64,000 nucleotides of DNA from Batkoa obscura (Eukaryota): contig JASVEC010000017.1 of NCBI GenBank assembly GCA_030770535.1, positions 310,001-374,000 of the forward strand, in the 5' to 3' direction. Below, one piece after another: positions 38,346-50,949 of this stretch. Position 1 is the stretch's first letter, and every line of letters starts with the position of its first letter. The notes below the pieces were generated by a model. It saw nothing but the letters and a program-made list of their open reading frames with translations. It had not been told where the DNA came from and made no database searches. Both the position numbers and the translations under genes were made by a program.

Positions 38346-39386
38346 ATGGACCTTATTAACGCCTGGGCAAGTCACGGAAAAGACGAAAAATTACAAAAGT
38401 TCACTTATGAAGCTGCTCTATTATTAGATGATGACATTGAAGTAGAAATAAGCCATTGCGGTATTTGTGGATCCGACATCCATACCTTAGACAGTGGCTG
38501 GGGGCCAACGGAATATCCAGTAATTGTAGGGCATGAGATCATAGGTAAAGTGAGCAAATTAGGTAGTAAAGTAACCAAATTTCAACTTGGTGATAGAGTA
38601 GGTATAGGAGCACAATGTGAAGCTTGTCTTAAGCCAGAATGCTATGAATGTAATTTAAAACAAGAGAACATGTGTCCAGACGCGATATGGACATATAACA
38701 ATCGTAGGAAAAGGGATGGAGCCAAAGCTTATGGCGGATATGCTGAAAAGGTTAGAGTACAACATAATTTCGCTTTTAAATTACCAGATTCAGTACCTTC
38801 AGATTATGCTGCTCCTTTATTATGTGCTGGTACAACAGTGTTTACACCAATGTTAAGATATAAGCTTAAAGCTGGAGATAATGTAGGTATCGTTGGTATT
38901 GGTGGATTGGGACATTTAGCTATTATGTTTGCTAATAAGTTAGGATGTAACGTTACCGCTATTTCAAGGTCAAATAAAAAGCAAGAAGAAGCTATAGGTT
39001 ACGGTGCATCAAGCTTTATTGCTACTGATGACCCAGAGCAAGTAACTAAAGGAAGTCGTACATTGAACTATTTGATTATAACTGCATGTGCAGAAGATGC
39101 AGATTGGGAAATGTATTGTAGTTGGATGAAATTGGAGGGCAGAATCATTCTATTAGGAATACCCGAAGCCAATTTATCAATTCCTCCTTTTGCTCTATTA
39201 TTAAAAAATTTATCTGTTACTGGTAGCTTAATTGGGTCTATTAATGAAATTGAACATATGCTCCAATTTGCCGCAGATCACGATATTCGTCCAGTTATTG
39301 AAAGATTTCCCATGAGTGAAGTTAATAATGCTGTGCAACATGTACGCGATAACAAAGTACGTTATCGAGTTGTTTTAGAGAATTAA
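38346..39386 (+). CDS. Zn-dependent alcohol dehydrogenase (CAD/ADH6-like), copy 4
   Basis: All Zn-ligand and Rossmann motifs intact, 346 aa, intronless. Confidence 0.96.
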   Translation: MDLINAWASHGKDEKLQKFTYEAALLLDDDIEVEISHCGICGSDIHTLDSGWGPTEYPVIVGHEIIGKVSKLGSKVTKFQLGDRVGIGAQCEACLKPECYECNLKQENMCPDAIWTYNNRRKRDGAKAYGGYAEKVRVQHNFAFKLPDSVPSDYAAPLLCAGTTVFTPMLRYKLKAGDNVGIVGIGGLGHLAIMFANKLGCNVTAISRSNKKQEEAIGYGASSFIATDDPEQVTKGSRTLNYLIITACAEDADWEMYCSWMKLEGRIILLGIPEANLSIPPFALLLKNLSVTGSLIGSINEIEHMLQFAADHDIRPVIERFPMSEVNNAVQHVRDNKVRYRVVLEN

Positions 39387-40536
39387 TGACAACTTTCATA
39401 TTTTTTAAATACTCCAGTTTTTTATTTGTTAGGGTTTTTCTAAAGTAGTCTGACTTTTGATTTATGCAAAAAATAGCCCATAGACTACAATGGCAGTTGC
39501 AGTTTTAATTTTTAATAAAGAATTATTTTACGTAAATATTTTAATTTTATTACAACTATAAAAAAATCGATCAGTTATATTCCATGATCACCAATCATAA
39601 AATATCATCTACTTTCTATTGATTTAAAATAGCTGTTCAAAAGATTAAAAACTAATATTATAGCAAAGAATTTTATTTTGTTGTTATAGTTGATAAATTT
39701 CTGATTGGAATTTATTTTGATAATTAAGCCTAATTTTACAAAAGTTAGTTTTTAGTTGCAGCTATTACCTTTGCGACTTGCGCCACAAAAAAAGGTCGGA
39801 TCACTAGAAAACTCTAATATTTTATTAATTCCCTAGCATGTAACTTAAATTGAGTTAATAGTTTTTCAGTTTTTACATTCAAATGAACAAATTGTTGGAT
39901 GGAAAAAAATACTCCTAAATTGTATAAATAATACACATTTTTTTGAAACTAGTTAAAAATATTCTAAGCTGTTATTAAAACATCCCAGTTTTTTACAAAA
40001 GGTAAAAGGATGTATATTTTGTTGGACTAAAAAGTCAATTAAATTAAGAGGAGAACTTTTCTTTTAAAATACTAGTTTTGGAATCCTGAACCCAAAGCTA
40101 ACTAGACAATTGAGATAAGATTTTAACAGTAGTATCAAATATCAATTTAATTCCAGTTTATAATAAAGTATTCCAATTACCAAACATATTATATAGTTCT
40201 TATCTACATTAAATTACAAAACCTAAAAATTCTTAGTTTATAGTTCACTACACGATATCAAAATGTGATAACAAGAATGATAAAAGTTGATCCATTTAAC
40301 TAAACAATAAATATTAATCTCGCAATAATTATGATACATTATTTAAAAATTGCATTTAACAGTGTAAAAATTCATTCGGATCATAGTCAAATAAATTCCA
40401 CACTTTCTAAATAAAGTAAACCCATCTCGAATTTAACTTTGCCATAACTTAAAAGGGAGAGAAACTTAATCTAGCTTAATTCAAACAAAAAACTATAAAT
40501 AATCATTACTTTGCCACCAATTTACTCATTAAAATA

Positions 40537-41561
40537 ATGGAAGTAATAAAAGGCTGGGCATGTTTTGGAAAAGACCAAACTTTAATAAAGTTCGAATACG
40601 AGGTATCTCCCATCCTGGACGACTTCATTGAGATTGAAATCACACATTGTGGTATCTGTGACTCTGATATCCACGTGTTAGATTCCGCTTTTGTACCAAT
40701 GAAATACCCAATAATTGTAGGCCATGAGATAGTTGGCAAAATATCAAAATTAGGCAGTAAAGCTTCTGGTTTTCAGCTTGGCTCTAGGGTAGGCATAGGT
40801 CCACAATGTCAAGCCTGTTTTTCTTCCGATTGTGCCTCCTGCCTTTATCAACAAGAAAATATGTGTGGGAAAGCGGTATGGACCTACTGCAATAAGACTA
40901 AAAAGGATGGCACTCAAGCATATGGTGGATATGCTGAAAGAATTAGGGTTATGGCGCAGTTTGCTTATTTAATACCTGAAAATATTCCCAGTGATTATGC
41001 GGCACCCCTATTATGCGCTGGAACAACTATTTACGCCCCAATGGCTAGATTGAATATAAATAAAAGACATAAAGTTGGTATCTTTGGTATCGGCGGGTTG
41101 GGCCATTTATCAGTAATGTTTTGTAAAGCTATGGAGTTTGATATAACGGCGTTTTCTAGCTCTGAATCCAAAAGGAAAGATACAATGGAGTTAGGTGTGA
41201 ATAAGTTTATAAATGTACAAAATCAGTAAGGGGTAGTATCGATTATTTATCTACAACAGGTAATATGGAAGGAGGTACATGGGAGCAATATATTAAGTCT
41301 ATGAAACATCATGGACATATTGTTTTATTAAGTATATCTAAGAATAGCTTGGTTATCAATCCTTTGTTATTGCTATTTAAAAACATTACCATATCTTCAA
41401 GTTTGTTTGGTTCCATTAAAGAAACAAAAGAAATGTTGGACTTTGCTTTAAAACACAATATTCGTCCTAAGGTTGAGAAATTTCCTATGAGTGAAGTTAA
41501 TACTGCCATATCCTTAGTAAGAAAGGGTGGGATTCGATACAGAATTGTTTTAGAAAATTGA
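40537..41561 (+). pseudogene. Alcohol dehydrogenase copy 5, single frameshift
   Basis: Two ORFs cover the N- and C-terminal parts. The frame break near 41222 coincides with about 5 missing codons relative to paralogs; no plausible intron. Confidence 0.85.
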
Positions 41562-41729
41562 TTTTATTCGTTTTTTAATATAAATCCTTTTGATCATTAT
41601 TAAATACATAATTTATTTCTGTTTTATTAAAATATTTTGATTTCAGTTTTAGTTTTAAAAACTGTTAACTTTTATCTTATTATTAATCAATATATTTAAT
41701 GAATAAAACCTATTTTAAAATGAGGATAT

Positions 41730-41828
41730 GGGGATGTTTTTTTGGTTTCATCACTTTTTCCATTTTTTTAAGCAGTATTTGAGTGGAAAGGTTATCAGTA
41801 AAATTCTTAAACAAAAAAATATATCCTC
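41730..41828 (-). mobile_element. ~100-bp MITE, copy 7
   Basis: GGGGATGT...ATATCCTC with ATAT flanks. Confidence 0.87.
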
Positions 41829-42905
41829 ATATAGTAAATTTTAAATCCATAAATCTGTAATTATTTATAGCAAATGGAGTTTTGATAAAGCTATTTTTTA
41901 TTGTTATATAAGCTAAAAAACTAGTGATTTATAATAGCAATTATTAAAATAATCACATAATAACCATATAAACGCACGTTAGAAGAAACCATAGTAGTAG
42001 ATTAAGTGGTAGAATCCTTAAAGTGGAGCGTTTGCTCCTCAAAGAATGCTTTAACTCTTTGGACATCTTGGTAGATTATTTTCATCATTCAATTTCCAAA
42101 TTGAAGTATACTTTAGATAATAATCGTCAAGCATAGCACAATTGTATAAAAAACTTTGTTTAATGGGTTGTTTTTATAAAATAGAACAGCTTGCAGTCAA
42201 ATGTTTTTCGCTGTTTTTAACTTATGGTCAATTTTATTTAATATGAATTTAATGGTATAAAAAGAGTTATAGCTTTTAAATTCATATTATAAGAAGCAGT
42301 CATAAGTCAAAAATAAGATATCTAACTACAAAGTATCCTAGTTTCATTATTTAGACATCTGTTTTTGAGAAATTTAGAGCCCAAAGGGTTAAAATTGCTC
42401 TAAATCTTTTATAGAAATAAGTTAGTTTTTAACAAGTTTAAAAGAAAAAGATCCGAAACAATACAGAATCCTGTTAAATTTAAAGTGAGAATTTTACTTA
42501 AAAGGTGCAACCTATAAAGTTCAAGGAATGCATACATGTACTGAATGTAATGAATTATTTTTGATTGTCATAAATTTTTATAAATCACTTGAAAAACAAA
42601 AATTAGAGTAAGAAATTTTGCAAACAATTTAAAACCCAAAATCCCACTATTTCATTGGCCTTTTCCCAGTCAGCTTAAAATTTTTTTTCGTGCAAAAGGC
42701 AGGGGTTGATTGGATGAACGATTGGAGAAAATTTACCACTAGTGCTAGCTTATCACCTTCTTTTGCTCATTACCTATCCCTTCTTTGGTTTTAATTGACA
42801 AGAATGTAAGTATGCTCTTCAATTTTACACCAACTTTTTTTACACTACCAACAATCAAAAAAATTACATCAACTATGATACTAACTTTGATAAACTCGTA
42901 GTAAA

Positions 42906-43288
42906 ATGGTTAACGTTAAGAAAACAAAAAAGTCTTCTGAGTCCATCAACTCCCGTCTTGCTCTTGTAATGAAGAGTGGTAAATACCATCTCGGTTACAA
43001 ATCAACCCTTAAGAGCGTACGTGAAGGTAAAGCCAAGCTTATCCTTATCTCCGCTAATTGCCCACCTCTCAGAAAATCTGAGATCGAATATTACGCTATG
43101 TTGTCCAAGACTGGTGTTCACCATTATACTGGAAGTATGGTTTTTAAGTTGAGATAATTTAAACAGTATATTAATATCAAATTTTAGACAATATTGAACT
43201 TGGTACCGCTTGTGGTAAATACTTCCGTGTTGGTGTACTTTCAATCACTGACGGTGGTGACTCAGATATCATCAAGAGCACTGAATAA
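42906..43288 (+). CDS. RPL30: 60S ribosomal protein L30 (eL30)
   Basis: [32 protein letters not shown]; intron 43135-43187, then [15 protein letters not shown]...GDSDII; 5' UTR intron 42806-42901 with TACTAAC branch point. Confidence 0.97.
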
Positions 43289-44411
43289 GCGTTAAGCTAA
43301 AAATGTTTAATAAATTCAGCTTTATATAGGCCACTAACTTAACCTGTAAAAGTCAAAAATAATTAATATATTGAATATACATTTTATGTGGAAAGTTTTA
43401 TGACGAATAGTGTTTTATTTAAAGTTTATTAAATCAATTTGCCGTATGGTTAAATTTAAGTCAAATGGTCTTTATTGATAGAGCTATGTTTGTTGGCACT
43501 TTAAAGGTAGTTTACATTTTATTTAATATTTAAAGTAATTGGATAATAGTTACCCAGTTTAAATTTATAAGGGTACTATAAATGGATTTGAGAATTGCAA
43601 TAGCTCTTAAGAAAAGTAGGGTATAGAATCAATTCATTGTAGGTTTATAGCCCATTTGATACAATGTTATGATAGTTATTAGGTTTAGATAGGCAATAGT
43701 ATAATTTGATGAAGTAGTAGTTATATGCTCAAATAATTGGAATATTTATGTTGATTTTTTAAAATTTGTAATAAAAAATGTTTTTGTATATTTGGCTTTT
43801 TACCGAATTCGATTAGATATTTTATTTATGATAATAACTGACTTTTGTTATACTATACTCTGCTATAGGGAAACTTGAAATAATAGTTAAAAAATGTTAA
43901 ACAAAGTTATTTAATTTATACTTTATAAGTCTAATTGGATTACATATTTTTGATTTTTATCTATTAACATTTTATCTAGTAAGTAAAAAATTGAGTAGAT
44001 TTCAATTTTATTTTATTTTAAATACTATAATCTTGATTAACAAAATCAGAATTATAAAACAATAAATTTAAAATAAAATAAAATTTCATTCGTTTATCAA
44101 TATATTAATTATTTAAAAATAAAATTACTAATATATGACTAAATAATAAATAAAACAAGACAGGGTTTTTAAAAAGTAAAAAAATAAATTTTATTAGTTT
44201 TTTTGTTAAAACATTCAAATAAACTATTCCAACTAAAATATCTAAATTTTCACAGATTAATCTCAAGAATGTTCGCTAATAAAACTAAAAAAACTTAACA
44301 AAAACTAAATCTTTATTGAAACATAAATTAAAGTTCATCAAAGAACATGTGTTTAGTATAAATTTAATTAAAACATGGTTTACCCTATAAACAAGAAAAA
44401 GAGTCACTCTT

Positions 44412-47400
44412 TCACTCCCCATTTTCCATGGCCAACTCAAAATTAGCAAAGTCTGGCTTATCTAATTTAGGTGTAGAGGGTGGTATAGGTACATCAGTAA
44501 CAAAAGGATGTGAAATTAATGCTGATGATGATGGCCTATTCTCATGTTTTCTAATCAAAGATTAATACAAGCTTAAACAACAAATTAAAAAACTTACGGT
44601 TGTAAACTGGCCGCTAAAAACTCAGCAGCAACTTCCGAAATTCCCTGAGGTAAATCTGGGGCTGAGTAAGATCCTATTTTGAAGATTGCTTCTACCTGAG
44701 TAGAATTTGGGAATGGGTGATTTCCAGACAACATTTCAATCACCAAACAACCCAGAGACCAGATATCCGCTTTACGTGTATAATGGGTCTGCTTGACCAC
44801 TTCTGGTGCCATCCAATATACTGAACCTTGTAATGAAGTTCTCTGTGGTGTTATCACCGACATTACTGAATCCTGTACCTTTTTAGATACTCCAAAATCC
44901 GCTATCTTAACATTATCTTGGTCATCAACCAATATATTCCCACCCTTGATATCACGATGGATAATATTATTTGAATGTAGATACTCCAATCCATTCAATA
45001 TCTGTTTAACATAATACCTCGTCCTTAACTCGGTAAATTTGCCCTTCTCTGCTAAGCGAGCAGCCACTGAACCTCCTGGTACATACTCCAAAAAGATATT
45101 CAAATGTGTTTCTGTGGAAATCGAGCCTAGGTATTGTACAATATTTGGGTGACACAATTCCCTCATTAACCCAATCTCTTTTTTCAAGCTGGATACTTGA
45201 TCCACCTTTTGTCGGTTTTCAGTTTTAGAAGTTGTGGTGGGTAGCTCTACCTGTTTCACTGCCATCACTAATTTAGTGCTTGGATTTAATCCTAAATAAA
45301 CACTACCAAATGAACCAGCCCCTATCATTGCTCCCTGAATCCAGCCTTCCATATCCATTGATATTCTTGCCTTTGCTTTTTTAGCGTTATCGAAATCATC
45401 AGTAATAATTTCATCGTTCAGTTTCACCTCAACTTTTATCTCTTCTTCTCCCTCCTCTTCTTCAATTTCTGAAGTAGCAGATACATTCTTTTCTTCTTCA
45501 GATAAATTACTGGATTCTATTGTCTGCGGCGATAACAATTGGTTTTCTAAACTTGGAGATAAAGTGGATGAACTTAGTACCTGAGAATCAGATTTAGATT
45601 TCAAGTCTTCATTATCCATGGTAATTTTAATGTCATCATTTGACAAGACCGCTGCAATTGAGGGTTGGTTATTGGTAGGGGATTGTATAGGAGAAGGATC
45701 GAGCACATAATTGCCTTCCATTTCAGAATCTGAAAATGTTTCATGAATAGGTGATAGGTTAGCGTAATTAGGTAAGTTATCGATGCCCAATTTATGAATG
45801 TTATTTCTTTTGGTTGATTTTGAGCTTTTTAGCGGTTTGTTCACTTTAAATCCTTCCTCCTTTTTACCTTTCTGTTGTTTTTTGATTAAATGTCGATTTA
45901 AATTTTGAATCGGGAAATACTGTGCTAAATTCGAAGTAATTTGTTGAGATGGTGGTCGATGAGCAAATAATTTAGAATGTCTATTTGATTTCTCATTAAA
46001 ATTATTAACCGCTCCTACCTCTACCCCAGCCAATAAACCTCTATCGCTATGCTCTTTATTTTGCTCTGCTAACCTCTTCACTCTTTCCTGTTGTAACTCT
46101 AAATGAGATTTCGGTGAATACCTCTTCCTCAATATAAACTTATCCTTATCTGGATGGGATGGACTATTGCATATTTGCATTAATTCATCGTCATTTAAAA
46201 GCTTTGCTGTAGCTCCAGAAGCCACAAAGATCGCATAATTATCTGCTGAATCCTGTAATGAAAATTTAGCTAGCACTCGGTTCATAATTGATTTGGCATC
46301 ACCCAGGGCATTCTTTAAATTCACCACTAACACTTGTCCTCCATCTCCCACTACCCTAACACAATACTTTTGTACATTGTCCAAGTTCATGATATTAGTT
46401 TCATGATCACGCGGTGATGGGGTAGTTAAGCTATAGTTGGACAAAGGGCTTTGCGTGGAAGCAGCGATTTGGTTGTGTATTTGGGGAGGGAAGTAAGCAG
46501 CTTGAGCACTTAAGCTTAATGGGGATGGATTAGGTGGAGTGGAATTGAAAAAAGATTTGGCAGAGTGAGGACCATTTTTCGATTCTACTATCCTTAGATT
46601 ACCTGCACTTCTTTGTGGCCTCAATGTCAGATCAGGCGTTAATTTTTTTGCCCTGCTTAATCTATTACTCATTTCTGGGATGCTATGGGTGTTGTTATCC
46701 TATTGGTTATTGTTTTATGAAATTAGTTTGAGTTTATATAATTAATTACCTGACTAAAAGCGGATTCTTTAAATTGACTTAAAGTGTCATGCTTTAATTT
46801 TTTAATTGAATGTAAAATCTTTACTCTTTCGCCTACTGTTTTTACGCCCATCTGTTTTAGTAAGGTGTTGGTTAACTCCAATAAAACTTCACCATTGATA
46901 TCATTATCTAAAACCCGAGTTATTTTATTTTTACTTTGTTGTATTTTACTATTAATGTTACCTAAAAATAGATCGCAATATTCTCTTAAATTATGATCTT
47001 CCAACCATTTTTTTACGCTGCTTGTTGACCAGTTTAAAATACCTTTTAAAAACTTTTCATTGTTTTCGTCTTCCTCAAGTTTGAACTGTTGTCTTAAAGA
47101 ATCTACACTAACTATTTTAGGAATCTCTCTACCAAGCCTTAGCCCCTCTTTATTTCTTTGACCTTCATTTGCATGATATTGATTAAACCTCATATTATTG
47201 TGTGGACTTGGTGACGTAAAATATGGATTAGTGTTCAATCGATGATTGTTGTTGTTTACAATACTTCCAAGCTCAGTTTTCTTTTCTTTTTTCCCAGCTG
47301 ATAGTGGAGGTATATAAAGTTTGTTTTTATACTCTTGTTTAAACCCCTGATTTAAATTAGTTGTGTGAGTTGTTACTGTATTATCTTGGTTTTTAGATGT

Positions 47401-47517
47401 ATTATTTATTCTAGTTGTAAAGTTAATATTCATAGGGTTAATTCGATTTCCTCTCCTATCACTTCCTATTTCACCTTTTGTTGCATACCGGTATGTTTCT
47501 TCAATATTGTCGTTCAT
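44412..47517 (-). CDS. STE11: STE11-type MAP kinase kinase kinase (SAM, Ras-association-like and kinase domains)
   Basis: SAM domain; IGAGSFGSVYLG, MAVKQVELP, HRDIKGGN, DFG, SLQGSVYWMAPEVVKQT; introns 46908-46961, 46700-46749, 44551-44597. Confidence 0.92.
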
Positions 47518-48615
47518 TAGTTAAGTGGGTTACTTTTCATTGATTATGTTTCCTCTTTATCCTCTACTTTTTTTATTTTTTGTTAAAGAGCCTTGCTAAC
47601 CAATATCTGTTTAATTTATATACTTTTTTATTAAGGTTATTGGCTCAAATTCTCCTTCCATTTTTAGGCGAGATAGCGGATGATTGGCTTGAATCCACGC
47701 TTTAGAGGTGAGAACATAAATGTTGAATTCAAGTATGTTAATAATGTTAAGGCTATTAAAATGTTTAGTTAGTATGACTTTAATAGTTTTATAGTATTAA
47801 GAAAATCAATATAAGGATTTATTGAATACTATATAGCCATATTATAAAGCTCTTTTATCACTATATGCTTGAAATTAATAAATAAAAGTACTCAACGCAT
47901 TATAAAAAGAATAAATCATTAAATCTTAATGTCCACACATTAATTTATTAATAAATTTTAGAATTTTAATATTTTTCTTTAATCTAGTAAGTCTATTAAG
48001 AAATTAAATAACAAATGCAATTAAAATTGAAAAAAAACGAACTTTGAGTACAAGTTAACCATATATAATATAACCTTATTCAAAAGTCTGATAAAGAAGT
48101 TTATTTTATCTTGCCTTCTTCATGAAAATTTTAAAGTGGAAATCACTCGATTTAAAAAAATGATTACTTTAAAACTAAGTTTTTTACAAAAAGCATTAAA
48201 ATTAGTTGAATTCTAGATTATAGTGAAACGCTTTTAAGTTCGAAAATTTGTTGATTTTCTAAATCGCGAATTGTTTAAAAATTAAGTGTTGTTATTTCAT
48301 ATTTGTAGCTAAGTGATACTGAAATATTTTGTCAAATATATACCATATATTTTTAAGTATCAAACGATTTATTAAGTTGGCTTCACTATTGAATATAGTG
48401 ACTTTATTTTTCTAATGTTCAAGTATTTGTTTTTAAGAGTCGCTTTCAGTATAGATGTGAAAAAATACTTAAGCTCATGTATACAATTTAGACATGTCAA
48501 AAAATTGGATTTTCGAAAGTAAACATAAATTTTATCTCAAACAAATAGAACGAATTTTTATTGGTAAACAAAAAAGCTTTACTTTTTAACTCTCTAACTT
48601 TAACTTTAGTAGAAA

Positions 48616-49050
48616 ATGACTTCAGCTCCAGATTTAATAAATGGGTGAGCATGCTATGAAAAAGACTTACCACTAAAACCATACGCCTAAAAATCCACCC
48701 CATTGCAACCCGAACACATTGAAATTCTCATTGATTTTTGTGACATTTGTGGATCAGATGTACACACTATTGATAGTGATTGGCGTGATAGTAAGGTCAT
48801 ATTGCTATCTACTCCACAATCAGATGCCACTTTCAATGCTAAAAACTTACTCAAAAAGAATCTGTTTATTTATGGGTCTACTATTAGGTCTCCAAATCAC
48901 GTTCTTCAAATGCTACAGTTTGCAAACAAACATGATATTTATCCAAGAACTGGATTGCTTCCTATGGATCAATGTAATCAGGGCATCCAGGATTCATGGA
49001 ATGAAAAAGTCCGATATGGAACTGTACTTTATAACGTAAATGAAAACTAA
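48616..49050 (+). pseudogene. Alcohol dehydrogenase copy 6, internally deleted pseudogene
   Basis: ATG 48616 with two in-frame stops; CDICGSDVHTIDSDW joined directly to KVILL...MDQCNQG...KVRY, so about 215 central codons are missing. Confidence 0.88.
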
Positions 49051-49074
49051 ATGTCATTTTTACCAATTATAACT

Positions 49075-49166
49075 GGGGATGTATTTTTTTAAGAATTTTA
49101 CTAACAAGTTTTCCACTCAAATAGCACTTAAAAGTGGAAAAAGTAATGAATTAAAAAAACATCCCT
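49075..49166 (+). mobile_element. ~100-bp MITE, copy 8
   Basis: GGGGATGT...ACATCCCT with AACT on both flanks. Confidence 0.87.
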
Positions 49167-49305
49167 AACTATTTTTTATTATGATGTCATCATTTTGACA
49201 CGTATCAAAGTCATAATGTCATTCTTACTTTTATAATAAAAAAGTATGAAGTTAAAAAAGTATATAAACTAAACCAGATGCTATTACCAATGAAAATAAA
49301 TAAAA

Positions 49306-50358
49306 ATGAGTACTAAATTCAATCAAATCAACGGTTACGCCTGCCATAAGAAGGGCGAAAAGTTAGTAAAGTATACTTATGATCCAGCTCCGCTACAATC
49401 CAACGATATTGAAATCAAAATTAGTCATTGTGGTATATGTGGTTCTGATATTCACACTTTAGACAGTGGATGGGGACCAACGGATTACCCTACCATTGTA
49501 GGTCATGAAATTGTAGGAGAAATAACAGCAGTAGGTCCAGAAGTAAAGGATTTTAAAGTAGGAGATAGGGTAGGGGTAGGAGCCCAATGTGCCGCTTGTA
49601 TGGAACAGGATTGCTATTCTTGTAAGCGCCAGAGAGAAGCCCATTGCCCAAACAAAGCTGATACCTATAACGCAAAGAGATATGTTGACGGAGCTAAGAC
49701 CTATGGTGGATATGCTGAAGCTGTAAGAGTTCAACAAGATTTTGCGTTTCATATTCCCGAAAGTATTCCCTCAGATTGTGCTGCTCCTTTGTTGTGCGCC
49801 GGGACTACAGTGTTCACACCAATGCTTCACAATGGATTTAAAGAAGGCGATAAAGTTGGAGTTATTGGGGTTGGCGGGTTAGGTCATTTGGCTATTCAAT
49901 TTGCTAACAAATTAGGATGCGAAGTTTATGCGCTGTCCCACTCCCATTCTAAAGAAGAAGATGCTAAAAAGCTTGGAGCTAAACATTTTATCGCTTACAG
50001 TAACGAAGAAGAATCCAAAAAAATCAAAAATACGTTAAAATATCTTATAGTTACCAGTAATTCTAAAAATACTCAATGGGACACCTTTGCAGAATGGATG
50101 GACCTTGATGGTAAGATTATATTGTTAGCAGCACCAGAATCGGACATCACTATTCGTCCCTTTACTTTAATCGCTAAAAATACTTCATTTGGTGGCTCTT
50201 TGATCGGGTCTCCTTGTGATATTAGAAAAATGTTAGACTTTGCAGCTAAGCACAAAGTTTACCCATGGATCGAAAATTATCCTATGGATAAGTGTAATGA
50301 AGGTGTTCAGTTAGTACGTGATGGTAAAGTCAGATATAGAGTTGTACTTAATAATTAA
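49306..50358 (+). CDS. Zn-dependent alcohol dehydrogenase (CAD/ADH6-like), copy 7
   Basis: Intact motifs, 350 aa. Confidence 0.96.
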   Translation: MSTKFNQINGYACHKKGEKLVKYTYDPAPLQSNDIEIKISHCGICGSDIHTLDSGWGPTDYPTIVGHEIVGEITAVGPEVKDFKVGDRVGVGAQCAACMEQDCYSCKRQREAHCPNKADTYNAKRYVDGAKTYGGYAEAVRVQQDFAFHIPESIPSDCAAPLLCAGTTVFTPMLHNGFKEGDKVGVIGVGGLGHLAIQFANKLGCEVYALSHSHSKEEDAKKLGAKHFIAYSNEEESKKIKNTLKYLIVTSNSKNTQWDTFAEWMDLDGKIILLAAPESDITIRPFTLIAKNTSFGGSLIGSPCDIRKMLDFAAKHKVYPWIENYPMDKCNEGVQLVRDGKVRYRVVLNN

Positions 50359-50949
50359 CGTATGAATTATTGCTGTTGAATTATTTTTATTTTAATACCG
50401 TGTTTATAGTTTTAGTATAATAAACAAAGTCCAAAAGATATAATTAGGATAAATATTTATATGACAATTATTAAATAACTTAACTAGAGTAAATATCTAA
50501 AAATAACACTCATACTAAAACCTAGTCAGTTTTAGTATTTTAAATCAAATCAAATCAACTTTCTATTTTAGTTATATTTTATTTTATTTTATTTTCATGT
50601 TTAAATGCCAAAATGAATCCGTTATAAAAAATTAAGATCGTTTAGATAGACTATAGCTTTACAATATATTAAAAGTCTATTTACCAAAGTCTCAATTAAT
50701 CACACCAAAAACCATGACTTTTATTTTAAATCCACCCAACAAACCACTCTTTAATAACAGTCTAGAATCCTGCTTAACACGTGCCTTTAAAATCTGTAAT
50801 AAACCTGCTTCCTCTTCTTATTTAATTAGCTTAATAAAACAAACGCTAGAGTTTACATTTGACTCAATCAAATTATAAAACGTAATTATAAAAGGAAACT
50901 GAAATCTTTCAAAAACAAAAACAAGTTGTATAAAAACTGAATAAACAAA

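Noticed and set aside
41226..41236. GTAAG...TAG micro-intron rescuing ADH copy 5
   Set aside because: About 11 nt, far below other introns here, and the region is already shorter than in paralogs
41960..42215. Slightly GC-richer patch with an ATGATGA C-box-like motif on the minus strand (snoRNA or gene relic)
   Set aside because: No CTGA D box or terminal stem found; only very short ORFs
5558..49166. CRISPR-like array or dispersed ncRNA from the repeated ~100-bp unit
   Set aside because: Dispersed in both orientations with TIRs and TSDs; no repeat-spacer periodicity; eukaryotic context
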